Source: Parcubacteria group bacterium (GTDB lineage: Bacteria; Patescibacteriota; Minisyncoccia; Moranbacterales; UBA2206). Taken from it: DNA of 64,000 nucleotides. The DNA lies in NCBI GenBank assembly GCA_041661275.1, contig JBAZUU010000003.1:92833-156832 (forward strand), read 5' to 3'. The position numbers were made by a program, and so were the translations under genes. Under the pieces are notes generated by a model. That model was not told where the DNA came from, ran no database searches, and saw only the letters and a program-made list of their open reading frames with translations. Position 1 is the first letter of the stretch, and each line of letters begins with the position of its first letter. Positions 18,923 to 29,415 of the stretch are shown here, piece by piece.

Positions 18923-20986
18923 ATGGAACTAAATAAATTATTCAACCCAACTTCCATCGCCATCGTCGGTGCATCGGAAGAAGAGGGGAAGGTGGGAAAT
19001 GTTATTGCTAAAAATATTTTAACTCTTGGCTATTCCGGCAAGGTATTTTTGGTCAATCCAAAACACGAGACTCTTTTTGGTCAGAAGTGCTATAAGTCTC
19101 TTAGTGAAATACAAGAATCGGTGGATTTGGCGATGATCATTATTCCGGCGAAATTTGTGACGGCAGAAATTAGCAATAATGCCGACAGGATAAAAAATTA
19201 TGTGATAATTTCCGCCGGATTTTCAGAAATTGGCGAAGAAGGGAAAAAACGGGAAGAAGAGTTAGCAAAAATAGCCAAAGAAAAAGATTTAAATATACTT
19301 GGTCCCAATTGTTTAGGCTTTATCGCGCCGGAAATAAAATTGAACGCTACTTTTGCCGGCGGCATGCCAGAGATGGGAAACATCGCTCTCGTGTCCCAAT
19401 CCGGGGCGCTCGCGGTCGGAATGCTGGATATTGCCGAGAAAGATGATTATGGTTTTTCCTACGTCATTTCTATCGGTAATAAAATGAGCCTCGACGAATC
19501 AGACGTTTTGGAATATCTGGCCAGCGACGAAAAAACCAAAGTTATTGGAATGTATTTGGAAGGGATAAAAAATGGTTCAAAATTTTTGGAAGTGGCTGCC
19601 AAGGTTTCCAAAGTAAAGCCGGTCGTTCTTTTGAAAGCCGGAAAAACAGAAAAATCGCAAAAGGCTATTTCATCACACACAGGCGCCTTGGCTGGCAGTG
19701 ATGAAATTATTTCTACAATTTGCGAAAAAATAGGCATAATGCGCGCAGAAAATCTGGAAGAATTTTTTAATCTCATAAATCTCGTGTCTCTCACTGATCC
19801 ACCAAAAACTAATCTAGTGGCTGTGGTGACTAACGCCGGTGGTCCTGGAGTTTTAGCGACTGATGCTTTTAAGGATAAAAATATTAAATTAGCTGATATT
19901 TCTGATAAAATAAAATTAAATTTACGAAAATTCTTGCCGGAGGAATCTTCGGTGGAAAATCCGATTGATGTTTTGGGCGATGCGCATGAAGACCGGTATA
20001 AAAAAGTTTTGGCGACACTGGGAAAGGACGCAGGTATCGGTTCTTTTATATCTATTCTTACTCCACAAGATCAAACGCCAGTTAACAAAATAGCATCCAA
20101 GATAATCCAGTTCAAGAATAAAAATCAAGCCACCATCGTAACTTCTTTTATCGGTGGAAAAAGAATAGAAAGGGCGGTAAAAAAACTACGGGAAAGTGGC
20201 GTGCCCAACTTTCGATTTCCGCACTCGGCGGTGGAGGCGTTGGATAAATATTATGGCTGGAACAACAAAAGGAGCAATGCTGTAGCAGAAAATTATGTTC
20301 CTGATAACGAAAGAATATCAAAAATCCGGGCAATTATAGAAAAAGCCAAGGGCGAAGGAAGGGGCGCGCTGTATTTTTCAGAGGCGAAAACAGTAATGGA
20401 TTTGTATGGAATTAAAACAGTGGATATAAAAGAAATAATGTCGAACTTCCAAGGTTCAACCTTGGAAGTAAAATTTCCAGTTGTTTTGAAAGTGGACAGC
20501 GACAAGGTTCTTCATAAAACAGATAAGCAGGGAATACTTCTCAATATTAAGGATCAAGAAGAATTAGACAAGAGCATAAAAATAATGCAGACTAATTTTC
20601 CGGGTGAAAGGCTAATCATCCAATCAATGCTGGAACGGAAAACGGAACTGATAGTGGGAATAAAAAAAGATGAAGTTTTTGGGCCGGTTGTCGTCTATGG
20701 CCTGGGTGGAATATACACCGAAGTTTTCAGGATGGTTGATTTTCTTGTTCCGCCGGCAACTCAAGAAGAAACAGAAAAAGAGATCGCCAAAAGCAAAATT
20801 AAGTTTCTATTTTCCGAAACTCGCGGTCAAAAAGCGTATAATGTGAAAGAATTGTCCAATATTCTCCTGGGAACCAGCCAGTTGGCTCAAGAAATAGCTG
20901 AAATAGTCGAGTTTGATATAAACCCGCTACTCATCTATAATAATGGAAAAGAAGCAGTGGCGGTGGATGTGAAGATAATAATATAA
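18923..20986 (+). CDS. Acetate/acyl-CoA ligase (ADP-forming), fused alpha-beta type
   Basis: IAIVGAS, GPNCLG, SQSGA, SHTGALAG, NPIDVLGDA; ATP-grasp HKTD...DINPL. Confidence 0.9.
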   Translation: MELNKLFNPTSIAIVGASEEEGKVGNVIAKNILTLGYSGKVFLVNPKHETLFGQKCYKSLSEIQESVDLAMIIIPAKFVTAEISNNADRIKNYVIISAGFSEIGEEGKKREEELAKIAKEKDLNILGPNCLGFIAPEIKLNATFAGGMPEMGNIALVSQSGALAVGMLDIAEKDDYGFSYVISIGNKMSLDESDVLEYLASDEKTKVIGMYLEGIKNGSKFLEVAAKVSKVKPVVLLKAGKTEKSQKAISSHTGALAGSDEIISTICEKIGIMRAENLEEFFNLINLVSLTDPPKTNLVAVVTNAGGPGVLATDAFKDKNIKLADISDKIKLNLRKFLPEESSVENPIDVLGDAHEDRYKKVLATLGKDAGIGSFISILTPQDQTPVNKIASKIIQFKNKNQATIVTSFIGGKRIERAVKKLRESGVPNFRFPHSAVEALDKYYGWNNKRSNAVAENYVPDNERISKIRAIIEKAKGEGRGALYFSEAKTVMDLYGIKTVDIKEIMSNFQGSTLEVKFPVVLKVDSDKVLHKTDKQGILLNIKDQEELDKSIKIMQTNFPGERLIIQSMLERKTELIVGIKKDEVFGPVVVYGLGGIYTEVFRMVDFLVPPATQEETEKEIAKSKIKFLFSETRGQKAYNVKELSNILLGTSQLAQEIAEIVEFDINPLLIYNNGKEAVAVDVKIII

Positions 20987-21005
20987 ATTATTTAATTATA
21001 ATAAT

Positions 21006-21581
21006 ATGGCTGAAGAAAAAGCAAAGGGGACAAAAATCTTGATTGTCGATGACGATGATAGTATACGCTCTACTTACGTTGAAATTTTCAAAAAAGACGG
21101 CTTTGAAGTGGAAGAGGCAAAGGATGGCCTTGAAGGCTTGGACGCGGCCACAAAAAACATTCCCGATATTGTTTTCACGGGGATAGTAATGCCGCGGATG
21201 GACGGGTTTGGTTTTATCGAAGCGCTCAAGGAGAACGTGGCAACAGCCAATATTCCTATCGTAATTTCTTCCCACTTGGGAAGAAGTATCGACAATACGA
21301 GAGCCAAGGAGCTTGGAGTAAAAGATTTTATCGTCCGTCATATGGTAACTCCCAAAGAAGCGGTGGAAAGAGTGAGAAAAGTTCTGGGTTCGGGAGATTA
21401 TAAACTGAAAATAATTGCCAGCGAATTGGATGCGGCGCAGTTGGCAAAAAATCTTCATTTCAAAGAGGACTATAAATGCGGATATTGCGGAGCCGATCTA
21501 ATTTTGAATTTGCGTGTTTCGGACATAGAAAATCACGAATTTACAGGAAAAATAAATTGTCCTAACTGCGGTCGGGTATAA
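21006..21581 (+). CDS. Atypical response regulator with C-terminal zinc ribbon
   Basis: ILIVDDD receiver, but PDIVFTGIVMP lacks the phospho-acceptor Asp; CGYC...CPNC. Confidence 0.8.
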   Translation: MAEEKAKGTKILIVDDDDSIRSTYVEIFKKDGFEVEEAKDGLEGLDAATKNIPDIVFTGIVMPRMDGFGFIEALKENVATANIPIVISSHLGRSIDNTRAKELGVKDFIVRHMVTPKEAVERVRKVLGSGDYKLKIIASELDAAQLAKNLHFKEDYKCGYCGADLILNLRVSDIENHEFTGKINCPNCGRV

Positions 21582-21603
21582 GTGTGTTGGATAATTTTCT
21601 TAT

Positions 21604-21744
21604 CTTGCGCGTTTGTCTATGTCGATACGCACTTCGGCGCGATAGTTTGCTGCGGATAGTCAGTTCCGACAGCATAGTTAAAAAATTATATCAAAAAGCT
21701 AGTAAGCGCCTACGAGAGCGTCTCTCCATAGCCAAACGCGCAAG
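21604..21744. repeat. Family B structured element, copy 2
   Basis: 12-bp IR cttgcgcgtttg/caaacgcgcaag; core shared with 10014-10164. Confidence 0.7.
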
Positions 21745-21787
21745 CTTTTAGCACTGCGGGGTATTCTACCCCTTTTTAAATTAAGTT

Positions 21788-23497
21788 ATGAATTGGAACA
21801 TAGAAAACAAAAAAAGTGATTTTCCGGAAGAGCTGGAAAAAAAATACGGGAAAATTATTCTGGAATTATTATCCCGCCGAAATATCAAAACTTCTAAGGA
21901 AATAGAGGATTTTTTTAATTTTGATTATGAAAAAGATATCACTGATTCCTTAGGAATCCCAGAAATAGCGAAAGCGGTGGAACGGATTGAGGAGGCTGGA
22001 AAAAAGGGAGAAAAAATAGCTATTTTTGGCGATTATGACGCTGATGGTGTGACTGCTTCTGTTATTTTGTATGAGACTTTAACTGATCTTGGATTTAAGA
22101 ACGTCATTTCCTATATTCCCGATCGCCAGACAGAAGGTTATGGAATGAATGAAAAAGCGTTGGAGTTTATCAAAGAACAAGGAGTAAAATTGATCATTAC
22201 TGTTGATTGTGGAATCACTAATTTAGCGGAAGTGGAAAAGGCGAAGAAACTTGGAATGGATGTTATCATCACTGATCATCACCATGTACCCAATATTTTG
22301 CCAAAAGCGGTGGCGATTATTAATCCGCATATTCCAGAGTTGGATTTCAAATTCCGCGATTTTGCCGGAGTAGGCGTGGCATATAAACTGGCGCAGGCAT
22401 TATATAAAAAAATCAATCCTAAAAGAATTGATCAATTAAAATGGGCATTGGACTTGGTCGGGATTGGAACGATTGCTGATTGTGTTCCGCTCCTGGGAGA
22501 GAATCGGGTGCTGACGAAATATGGACTTTTGGTTTTGTCTAAAACACGTCGAGTAGGAATTAAGGAAATGTTTCAGGTGGGGCGCATCAATATTTCTGAA
22601 GATAATGTGCCCGACGCCTGGAATGTGGCTTTTCAAATCTCACCGAGAATTAACGCGGCAGGAAGAATGGATCATGCCAGCACGTCATATAAGCTGCTCA
22701 TTGAAAAAGATAGGGCTGTCGCTAGAACTTTGGCGCTGGAAGTGGAAAGCAAAAATCAGGAAAGGCAAAAAGTGACTGGCGAAATTGTCCGCGAGATAAA
22801 AATTCTGGCTGATAATGCATTCAAGGACAGAAAAATTATTTTTGCTGCGAACGAGCATTGGCCGGTAGGAATTTTGGGGCTAGTAGCTGGAAAAATCGCC
22901 GATGAATATAAAAAACCGACCATTATTTTGCAAAAACAAGGCGAGGAACTTACTGGCTCTCTGCGTTCAATTCCAGAGGTAGATATTATGGAAGTCTTGG
23001 AAAAATGTTCGGAGTTTCTCGTCAAATTTGGCGGACACGCGCAAGCAGCCGGAATAACCATAAAAGAAAAAAACGCGGAAAAGTTTTTTGAGCGTTTTGA
23101 AAAGATCGTGGAAGAAAAAATAAAAGATTTGGACATTTCAACGGCCTTGGAGATAGACACGGAGATAACACCTGCAGACATCAATTGGGATTTTATGAAC
23201 TGGCTCAAGAAAATGGAACCGTTCGGTGAAGGCAACCGCCAGCCGGTGTTTGTTATAAAAAATATGAAAATATTTGATCTAAAGATGTGTGGCAACGGCG
23301 ACAAGCACTGGAAAATATCTTTGGGTAGCGCTTCCGGAAGCCCTAAGATTTTTGATTCTATTGGCTTTGGATTTGGCGCTAAATTTCCTGATCTCAAGCA
23401 AAGTGACATTATTGACGTGGTATGCAACTTATGCGAAGATAATTGGAATGGTAGCAAGAAAATTCAACTAAAACTAATTGATTTAAAGAAAGTATGA
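21788..23497 (+). CDS. recJ: Single-stranded-DNA exonuclease RecJ
   Basis: GDYDADG, TVDCG, TDHH, PRINAAGR, FGGHAQAAG, EPFGEGN. Confidence 0.95.
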   Translation: MNWNIENKKSDFPEELEKKYGKIILELLSRRNIKTSKEIEDFFNFDYEKDITDSLGIPEIAKAVERIEEAGKKGEKIAIFGDYDADGVTASVILYETLTDLGFKNVISYIPDRQTEGYGMNEKALEFIKEQGVKLIITVDCGITNLAEVEKAKKLGMDVIITDHHHVPNILPKAVAIINPHIPELDFKFRDFAGVGVAYKLAQALYKKINPKRIDQLKWALDLVGIGTIADCVPLLGENRVLTKYGLLVLSKTRRVGIKEMFQVGRINISEDNVPDAWNVAFQISPRINAAGRMDHASTSYKLLIEKDRAVARTLALEVESKNQERQKVTGEIVREIKILADNAFKDRKIIFAANEHWPVGILGLVAGKIADEYKKPTIILQKQGEELTGSLRSIPEVDIMEVLEKCSEFLVKFGGHAQAAGITIKEKNAEKFFERFEKIVEEKIKDLDISTALEIDTEITPADINWDFMNWLKKMEPFGEGNRQPVFVIKNMKIFDLKMCGNGDKHWKISLGSASGSPKIFDSIGFGFGAKFPDLKQSDIIDVVCNLCEDNWNGSKKIQLKLIDLKKV

Positions 23498-24192
23498 AGC
23501 ATATAATTCTTCCGGGACTGACAACTACGCCGAAATCTGATTGGCGGGAAAAGATAAGAGAAATTGATCGATGTAGTATTGAAGAAATTGCACTATTTCC
23601 AACTTTTTTAGAACTGCCTGGCAGAAAAGAGCTTTATAGTCTCTTAGAAAATACCAAACTTAAGAGAATCCCGCATGTTCATCTACGAAGCGATATGGAA
23701 GCCTGGGAACTTGAATTGTTCAATAATAAATATAAAACCGAAGTTTTTAATATTCACCCGGAGCCAACAGAGCTAGGATTTCTTGAAAATTTAAAAAAGA
23801 CGGACAATGTCTATGTTGAAAATACTAACAAGATAACTGATTTTTATTTCGAAGTTGCGGATATGTGCGGTGGAGTCTGTCTGGATATTTCTCATTGGGA
23901 AGATTATGGTATTCCGGAGGGCTATGATGATTTCTCCCAAAAAATAGAAAAATATAAGATCGGTTGTTCTCATATATCGGCCATAAAAAAAGATTTTAAA
24001 ACTTGGGAACATTATACAACCAAGGAAAAATTAAATCTCTATAGCGATCATTATATGGACGATTTGAGTGAACTGGATTATGTGAAAAAATATGTCCAGT
24101 ATCTACCTGAATATGTTAGCATTGAGCTGGAAAATTCATTCGAAGAACAACTGAAAGTGAAGGAATATTTGGAGAAAATCATTAATGGATAA
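23494..24192 (+). CDS. Hypothetical protein, possibly AP-endonuclease-2/xylose-isomerase-like TIM barrel
   Basis: H-x-H, NIH, VEN, CLDISH, HIS and SIE metal-ligand pattern. Confidence 0.55.
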   Translation: MKHIILPGLTTTPKSDWREKIREIDRCSIEEIALFPTFLELPGRKELYSLLENTKLKRIPHVHLRSDMEAWELELFNNKYKTEVFNIHPEPTELGFLENLKKTDNVYVENTNKITDFYFEVADMCGGVCLDISHWEDYGIPEGYDDFSQKIEKYKIGCSHISAIKKDFKTWEHYTTKEKLNLYSDHYMDDLSELDYVKKYVQYLPEYVSIELENSFEEQLKVKEYLEKIING

Positions 24193-24691
24193 TAAAGTGA
24201 AAAAGGAAAAAATGATCATTTGTCGGGATATAAAGGGTAAAAAACTTGAATATCCCTTGAGTAAACTCAACTGGAGACCGTCTATTTACGGAGTTATCGT
24301 AGAAAATGATAAAGTTTTACTTTCCAAACAGTGGGACGGTTATGATTTTCCCGGAGGAGGAATAGATCTGGGTGAAACCTTAGAAGAGGCGCTGAAAAGA
24401 GAGGTTTGGGAGGAAACGGGCGTGAAAGTCAAGATTCTCGATCTAATAACCTGCGAATATGATTTTTTTAAGTTACCCCACGAAGATGGTTGTGTCCAAT
24501 CTATTCTTATCTACTATCTTTGTAAAAAGATTGGAGGGAAGATATCTATGGATAATTTTGATGAGCATGAAAAAAAATACGCCGACATGCCGGAGTGGGT
24601 AGATCTCAAGAAAGCCAGGAAAATTAAATTTTACAACCCGGTCAATAGTGTGGAAATAATTAAAAAAGCATTAAAACTATGTCAGAAGTAA
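24185..24691 (+). CDS. Nudix hydrolase
   Basis: PGGGIDLGETLEEALKREVWEETG. Confidence 0.9.
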   Translation: MDNKVKKEKMIICRDIKGKKLEYPLSKLNWRPSIYGVIVENDKVLLSKQWDGYDFPGGGIDLGETLEEALKREVWEETGVKVKILDLITCEYDFFKLPHEDGCVQSILIYYLCKKIGGKISMDNFDEHEKKYADMPEWVDLKKARKIKFYNPVNSVEIIKKALKLCQK

Positions 24692-25110
24692 TAAAAATGT
24701 TTACCGACGGGGGAGCGAGGAATAATCCAGGTCCGGCAGCGATTGGGGTGTGGATTCCGACGCTCGATAAAAAATATGGCGAATATATAGGCGAGAAGAC
24801 CAACAACGTTGCAGAATATGAAGCGTTGATTTTTGGCCTCAAGAAAATAAAATCGCTGGTCGGAAAGGAAAAAACCAAGAAAACAAGCGTGGAATGCTTT
24901 TTAGATTCGGAACTGGTCGTGAAACAGCTCAATCATGAATATAAGCTGAAAGAAGAATATATCCAGAAAAATTTTATCCTCATCTGGAATTTGATGTTGG
25001 ACTTCCAAAAAGTCATTTTTTCGCATATAATGAGAGAGGAGAACAAGATCGCCGACGCTCTTGTAAATGAGGCGTTGGATGAGAAGGAAAAACAAACAAG
25101 CTTATTATAA
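24679..25110 (+). CDS. rnhA: Ribonuclease HI family protein
   Basis: TDGGARNNPG, TNNVAEYEAL, DSELVVKQ, REENKIADAL. Confidence 0.88.
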   Translation: MSEVIKMFTDGGARNNPGPAAIGVWIPTLDKKYGEYIGEKTNNVAEYEALIFGLKKIKSLVGKEKTKKTSVECFLDSELVVKQLNHEYKLKEEYIQKNFILIWNLMLDFQKVIFSHIMREENKIADALVNEALDEKEKQTSLL

Positions 25111-25113
25111 TTT

Positions 25114-26127
25114 ATGTTTAAGAAAAAAAAGACCTACGTCATACTAATTATCATAATCGCGATTGTCGGCAGTGTTTTTTATTTCAAAAATAAAAAACCA
25201 AAAGTGGAATATACGACGCAAGATGTGAAAACCGGAACACTGGCGCAAACTGTTTCCGTGACAGGGGTGCTGGCTTCACCTAATCAGGCCGATTTGTCGT
25301 TCAAAATAAGCGGGCGATTGGAAAAAATGTATGTTGATATTGGTGATCCGGTAGTGAAAGGACAGAAAATCGCGACCATTGACGGAGGAACGCTTAATTC
25401 CCAATTGAATCAGGCCAAGGCAGAATTGCGGTCGCAAAAACAAACACTGGCCAGTATGAAACGGGGAGGATATAACGTAGAAAAAGAAAGGGCGCAAAGA
25501 GAACAGGTGAGGGCTGCGGAGGCGGCTGTTTCGCAAATTTTGGATCAGATTCGCGAAACAACAATATATGCGCCGATTGACGGTTTCATTATAAAAAAGA
25601 GTTCGGAAGTCGGCGAAATCATCGCGGCTAATTCCGCGGCTGGAAACACGCCGGTGGTGACTATCGCCCGAAACGATGATTTGGAAATTCGGACTAATGT
25701 TCCAGAATCGGATATTGTGAAAGTTACGCTTGGTCAAAATGCTGACGTAACGCTGGACGCGCTTTCATCAGCCGATGTTTTCAACGCCAAAGTGAGCGAG
25801 ATAGAGCCGGCATCAACGGTCATCCAGGATGTGGTTTATTACAAAGTGAAATTGAAATTTGATAGCCTTGATCCGCGTTTCAAAAATGGAATGAGCACAG
25901 ATGCGGATATAAAAACAGCCGAGCGTAGCAATGTCGTCTTCGCGCCAATGCGCGCGGTCAAAACCGAAAACGGACAAAAATATGTGGAAGTTCTGAAGGA
26001 TGAAAAAAACGGCGTGACGGAAAAAGTTAATGTTACCACAGGAATGGGAGGCGATGATGGGATGGTGGAGATAAAATCGGGGTTGAAAGGTGGGGAGAAG
26101 GTGGTGACGTTGACGAAGAACATCTGA
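25114..26127 (+). CDS. Efflux periplasmic adaptor (MacA-like membrane fusion protein)
   Basis: N-terminal TM; lipoyl halves (SGRL..VDIGD.V.KGQ / APIDG); GLKGGEKVV. Confidence 0.88.
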   Translation: MFKKKKTYVILIIIIAIVGSVFYFKNKKPKVEYTTQDVKTGTLAQTVSVTGVLASPNQADLSFKISGRLEKMYVDIGDPVVKGQKIATIDGGTLNSQLNQAKAELRSQKQTLASMKRGGYNVEKERAQREQVRAAEAAVSQILDQIRETTIYAPIDGFIIKKSSEVGEIIAANSAAGNTPVVTIARNDDLEIRTNVPESDIVKVTLGQNADVTLDALSSADVFNAKVSEIEPASTVIQDVVYYKVKLKFDSLDPRFKNGMSTDADIKTAERSNVVFAPMRAVKTENGQKYVEVLKDEKNGVTEKVNVTTGMGGDDGMVEIKSGLKGGEKVVTLTKNI

Positions 26128-26190
26128 ACCACTGATTAGCACTGATTGCCACACGATTACACTGAATAATATGTTCCCCCTCTCTTGTAC

Positions 26191-26620
26191 CGTCATCCCG
26201 AGCGGAGTGATGTCGCGTAGCGACAGAACGTAGTCGAGGGATCTGCCAAAGACTATTTCTAGTTATACGATAATGAAGCAACCTTGCGTATATATAATGA
26301 CTAATCATTCCCGGACATTATATATTGGTGTAACTGGTAGTGTTCAAAGACGAGTCTGGGAGCATAAAGAAAAATTAATAGAAGGATTTACAAAAAAATA
26401 CAATATAGACAGGTTGGTATATTATGAATTTTTTGAAGATTTTGCGGGTGCTATAGCCAGAGAAAAACAATTAAAACACTGGAGCAGAAAAAAGAAGATA
26501 TGGCTTATCGAAAAAGAGAATTCTTTATGGCTAGATTTATATGATGGATTATAGTCAGTGGTAACCCAAGGCAGATCTCTCGACTCGTTCGACTTATTGT
26601 CGAACTCGCTCGAGATGACG
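26191..26620 (+). mobile_element. CGTCAT-type element, copy 3, carrying a GIY-YIG nuclease gene (putative autonomous copy)
   Basis: Ends cgtcatcccgagcg/cgctcgagatgacg and inner IR agtcgagggatctgcc/ggcagatctctcgact enclose ORF 26273-26554. Confidence 0.75.
26273..26554 (+). CDS. Stand-alone GIY-YIG nuclease (93 aa)
   Basis: VYIM...LYIGVT, RR..EH, GFTKKY, AIAREKQLK.W.R.KK..LI..EN. Confidence 0.92.
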   Translation: MKQPCVYIMTNHSRTLYIGVTGSVQRRVWEHKEKLIEGFTKKYNIDRLVYYEFFEDFAGAIAREKQLKHWSRKKKIWLIEKENSLWLDLYDGL

Positions 26621-26748
26621 ATTTTTTATTAATGTAATTTTGAAAATAAAAAAGCCCCATCCTGCTTTGTGGGACGGGGCTGGCTGAGGGCGTTGCCAGA
26701 AAACGTGGTGGCGACGGTCTGTTAATGCTTAGTTCAGCGAAAGAATTT

Positions 26749-27036
26749 CTATTCAGATTTCAAAACAACTTTTTGTATCTTGCCCACATGCTCATTGATT
26801 GCTGTCAGGGCGAGATAGGGGTCTGCTATTATGAAGGAAACTTCGTAGTTTCCAGAATAACTACTCCCGCACTGCTTGATTGAACCTGGAAGCGCTCCCC
26901 ATTCAGTAGTTTTTTTTTCGAGTATCTTTGTCAAATGATCCTTTCCTGCCGAGAAGTGAAGGCCATAAAAAATCACTACTTTCGCTCCATCGGGAATCTT
27001 TTCCAGTGGACTGGTTACTTCCTCATAAAGGTACAT
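26749..27036 (-). CDS. Hypothetical protein inserted antisense in the efflux operon
   Basis: 95-aa ORF with GGAGG upstream and a minus-strand terminator-like hairpin at about 26648-26681. Confidence 0.65.
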   Translation of the reverse strand: MYLYEEVTSPLEKIPDGAKVVIFYGLHFSAGKDHLTKILEKKTTEWGALPGSIKQCGSSYSGNYEVSFIIADPYLALTAINEHVGKIQKVVLKSE

Positions 27037-27122
27037 TTATTTATTGCCTCCTATATGTTAGCGGTTTCAAGTATGTGCCATAGCCTGCTACTAATCTACT
27101 ATTATACACCTAAACCCTCATT

Positions 27123-27854
27123 ATGTCAAATGCATTAATCCAAGTCCAAAATCTTTGCAAAACTTATAGCGATGACGGCGTGAAGACGACGGCGCTTTGT
27201 GGCGCTAATTTTCAAATTGAAAAAGGGGAATTTGTGGCGATTATGGGACCGTCGGGATCCGGGAAATCAACCCTCATGCAGCTTCTTGGGCTTCTTGACA
27301 AGCCGACAGACGGGAAATATATTTTTGAAGGGAAAGACACGACCACTTTTGATGATGACGCCTTGGCGGAATTCAGGAATAAAAGAATCGGTTTTGTTTT
27401 TCAGGCATTCAATCTTTTGCCGAGAACTTCTGTTTATGAAAACGTAGAATTACCATTGCTTTATGACGAAAAGCCGGACAATAATGGCAGTAACAAAGAA
27501 AAGGTGTCAGCGGCGTTAGAAGCGGTAGGAATGAGCCACCGGACTGATTATATGTCCAATCAATTGTCCGGTGGAGAAAAACAACGGGTAGCTATTGCTC
27601 GCGCTTTGGTCAATAATCCGGACGTAGTTTTTGCCGACGAGCCAACGGGAAATTTGGATTCCAAATCAGGAATACGCGTGATGGAAATTTTGCAAAAACT
27701 AAACAACGATGGCCACACTATAATTTTGGTCACGCACGAAACATACACAGCTGAACATTCAAAGCGAATAATATATCTTCGCGATGGCGAGATCGTGGCA
27801 GATGATCCGGTGAAGAATAGGAGAGTGGCGCAAGATGGGGAACTATTGAAATAA
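27123..27854 (+). CDS. ABC transporter ATP-binding protein (MacB/LolD type)
   Basis: GPSGSGKST, LSGGEKQR, ADEPTGNLD, VTHE. Confidence 0.95.
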   Translation: MSNALIQVQNLCKTYSDDGVKTTALCGANFQIEKGEFVAIMGPSGSGKSTLMQLLGLLDKPTDGKYIFEGKDTTTFDDDALAEFRNKRIGFVFQAFNLLPRTSVYENVELPLLYDEKPDNNGSNKEKVSAALEAVGMSHRTDYMSNQLSGGEKQRVAIARALVNNPDVVFADEPTGNLDSKSGIRVMEILQKLNNDGHTIILVTHETYTAEHSKRIIYLRDGEIVADDPVKNRRVAQDGELLK

Positions 27855-27860
27855 TTTACC

Positions 27861-27991
27861 CGTCATTCTGAGCGGAATGAGGCCTTTGGCCGAATGTAGT
27901 CGAAGAATCTACCAAATATTAGCACTAGTGATAATTTATAGCAGATCCTTCGACTACGTCCAATAAGAATTGGACTTCGCTCAGGATGACG
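27861..27991 (+). repeat. CGTCAT-type element, copy 4 (no ORF)
   Basis: Right half almost identical to copy 1. Confidence 0.9.
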
Positions 27992-27999
27992 GCGTTATT

Positions 28000-29247
28000 A
28001 TGCGGCTTATTGATCCTATCCGAATATCCTATAAGAATTTAATGGCGGCGAAGTTCCGCTCGTTTTTAACTATTCTTGGAATCATCATTGGTGTGGCGTC
28101 GGTCGTTATCATTATGGCCATCGGACAATCAGCGCAAGCTTTGATTTTGGATCAAGTTTCAGGCATTGGTTCTAATTTAGTTGGAATTTTGCCTGGAGCA
28201 AGTGACGAAAAAGGACCACCGGCGGCAGCGATGGGGATAAAAGTGACCACTTTGAAGTACGGCGATTTGGAAGCGCTGCGCGACGGGAAAAATGCACCAG
28301 AAGTGCAAGACGCGGCCGGATATGTCATGGGATCGGAAACTGCTAAATATAACGGAACGTCGCTCACGGTTTCATTCACCGGAACGACGGCTAGTTATGT
28401 TGATGTGGAAAATGCAGAAGTAATTGATGGACGATTTATGACAAAAACAGAAGAAGTGGATATGTCGCGGGTAGCAATTGTGGGAAAAAATATTGTCCGC
28501 GATTTATTCCTCGGTGACGACCCGATCGGAAAAACTTTTACGCTAAAAGATCAAAATTTCACCGTTATCGGGGTTTTCAAGGAAAAAGGCGGCGGAGGAT
28601 TTGGAACGTCGAGTGTGGACGACTCGGTTTTTATTCCGCTAACGACCGCACAAAAATTGATGCTGGGAATTGACTACATTGCTTTTGTTCGCACTAAAGT
28701 TAAGAGTGCCGATCTTATCCCCTATGCTATCGAGGACATCAAAACCACTCTTCGCGAGCGGCATCATATTGATAATCCGGCCAATGACGATTTTTCAGTG
28801 CGCGACCAGGCGCAAGCCATTGAAATGATAAAAAATATCACTAATGTTTTGCGATATTTTCTCCTGGCTATTGGAACGATTTCTCTTATTGTTGGTGGGG
28901 TAGGGATTATGAATACAATGCTCATCGTAGTAAATCAGCGGATACGTGAAGTGGGACTGCGAAAAGCGGTCGGAGCGAAAACAAAAGATATTCTTTTGCA
29001 ATTTTTGATAGAATCGTCAGCCATTTCTTTTTTTGGTGGAATTTTGGGAATAATTTTTGGGATAATCGTTTCATTCTTAGCCGCGCTCGTTATGCAAGCG
29101 CTGAAATATAAATGGCCATTTATGATTTCCTGGCAGTCGATCGTGGTCGCTATGTTTGTTTCCATCGCCATTGGAGTGGTTTTTGGGATGTATCCCGCCA
29201 GGAGAGCGTCGAAGATAAGTCCGATGGAAGCGTTGAGATATGAGTAG
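28000..29247 (+). CDS. ABC transporter permease (MacB/FtsX-like)
   Basis: RSFLTILGIIIGVASV, GGVGIMN, REVGLRKAVGA, PMEALRYE. Confidence 0.93.
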   Translation: MRLIDPIRISYKNLMAAKFRSFLTILGIIIGVASVVIIMAIGQSAQALILDQVSGIGSNLVGILPGASDEKGPPAAAMGIKVTTLKYGDLEALRDGKNAPEVQDAAGYVMGSETAKYNGTSLTVSFTGTTASYVDVENAEVIDGRFMTKTEEVDMSRVAIVGKNIVRDLFLGDDPIGKTFTLKDQNFTVIGVFKEKGGGGFGTSSVDDSVFIPLTTAQKLMLGIDYIAFVRTKVKSADLIPYAIEDIKTTLRERHHIDNPANDDFSVRDQAQAIEMIKNITNVLRYFLLAIGTISLIVGGVGIMNTMLIVVNQRIREVGLRKAVGAKTKDILLQFLIESSAISFFGGILGIIFGIIVSFLAALVMQALKYKWPFMISWQSIVVAMFVSIAIGVVFGMYPARRASKISPMEALRYE

Positions 29248-29251
29248 CCGC

Positions 29252-29389
29252 CGTCATTCTGAGCGGAATGATGCCGCTTTAGCGGCAGAATGAAGTCGAA
29301 GAATCTGCCAAATAATATTACTGGTGATATTTTATAGTAGATCCTTCGACTACGTCCCAATAAGAATTGGGACTTCGCTCAGGATGACG
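29252..29389 (+). repeat. CGTCAT-type element, copy 5 (no ORF)
   Basis: cgtcattctgagcggaatga...gacttcgctcaggatgacg. Confidence 0.9.
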
Positions 29390-29415
29390 GTATGGTATGG
29401 TTTTAATTTTGAATT

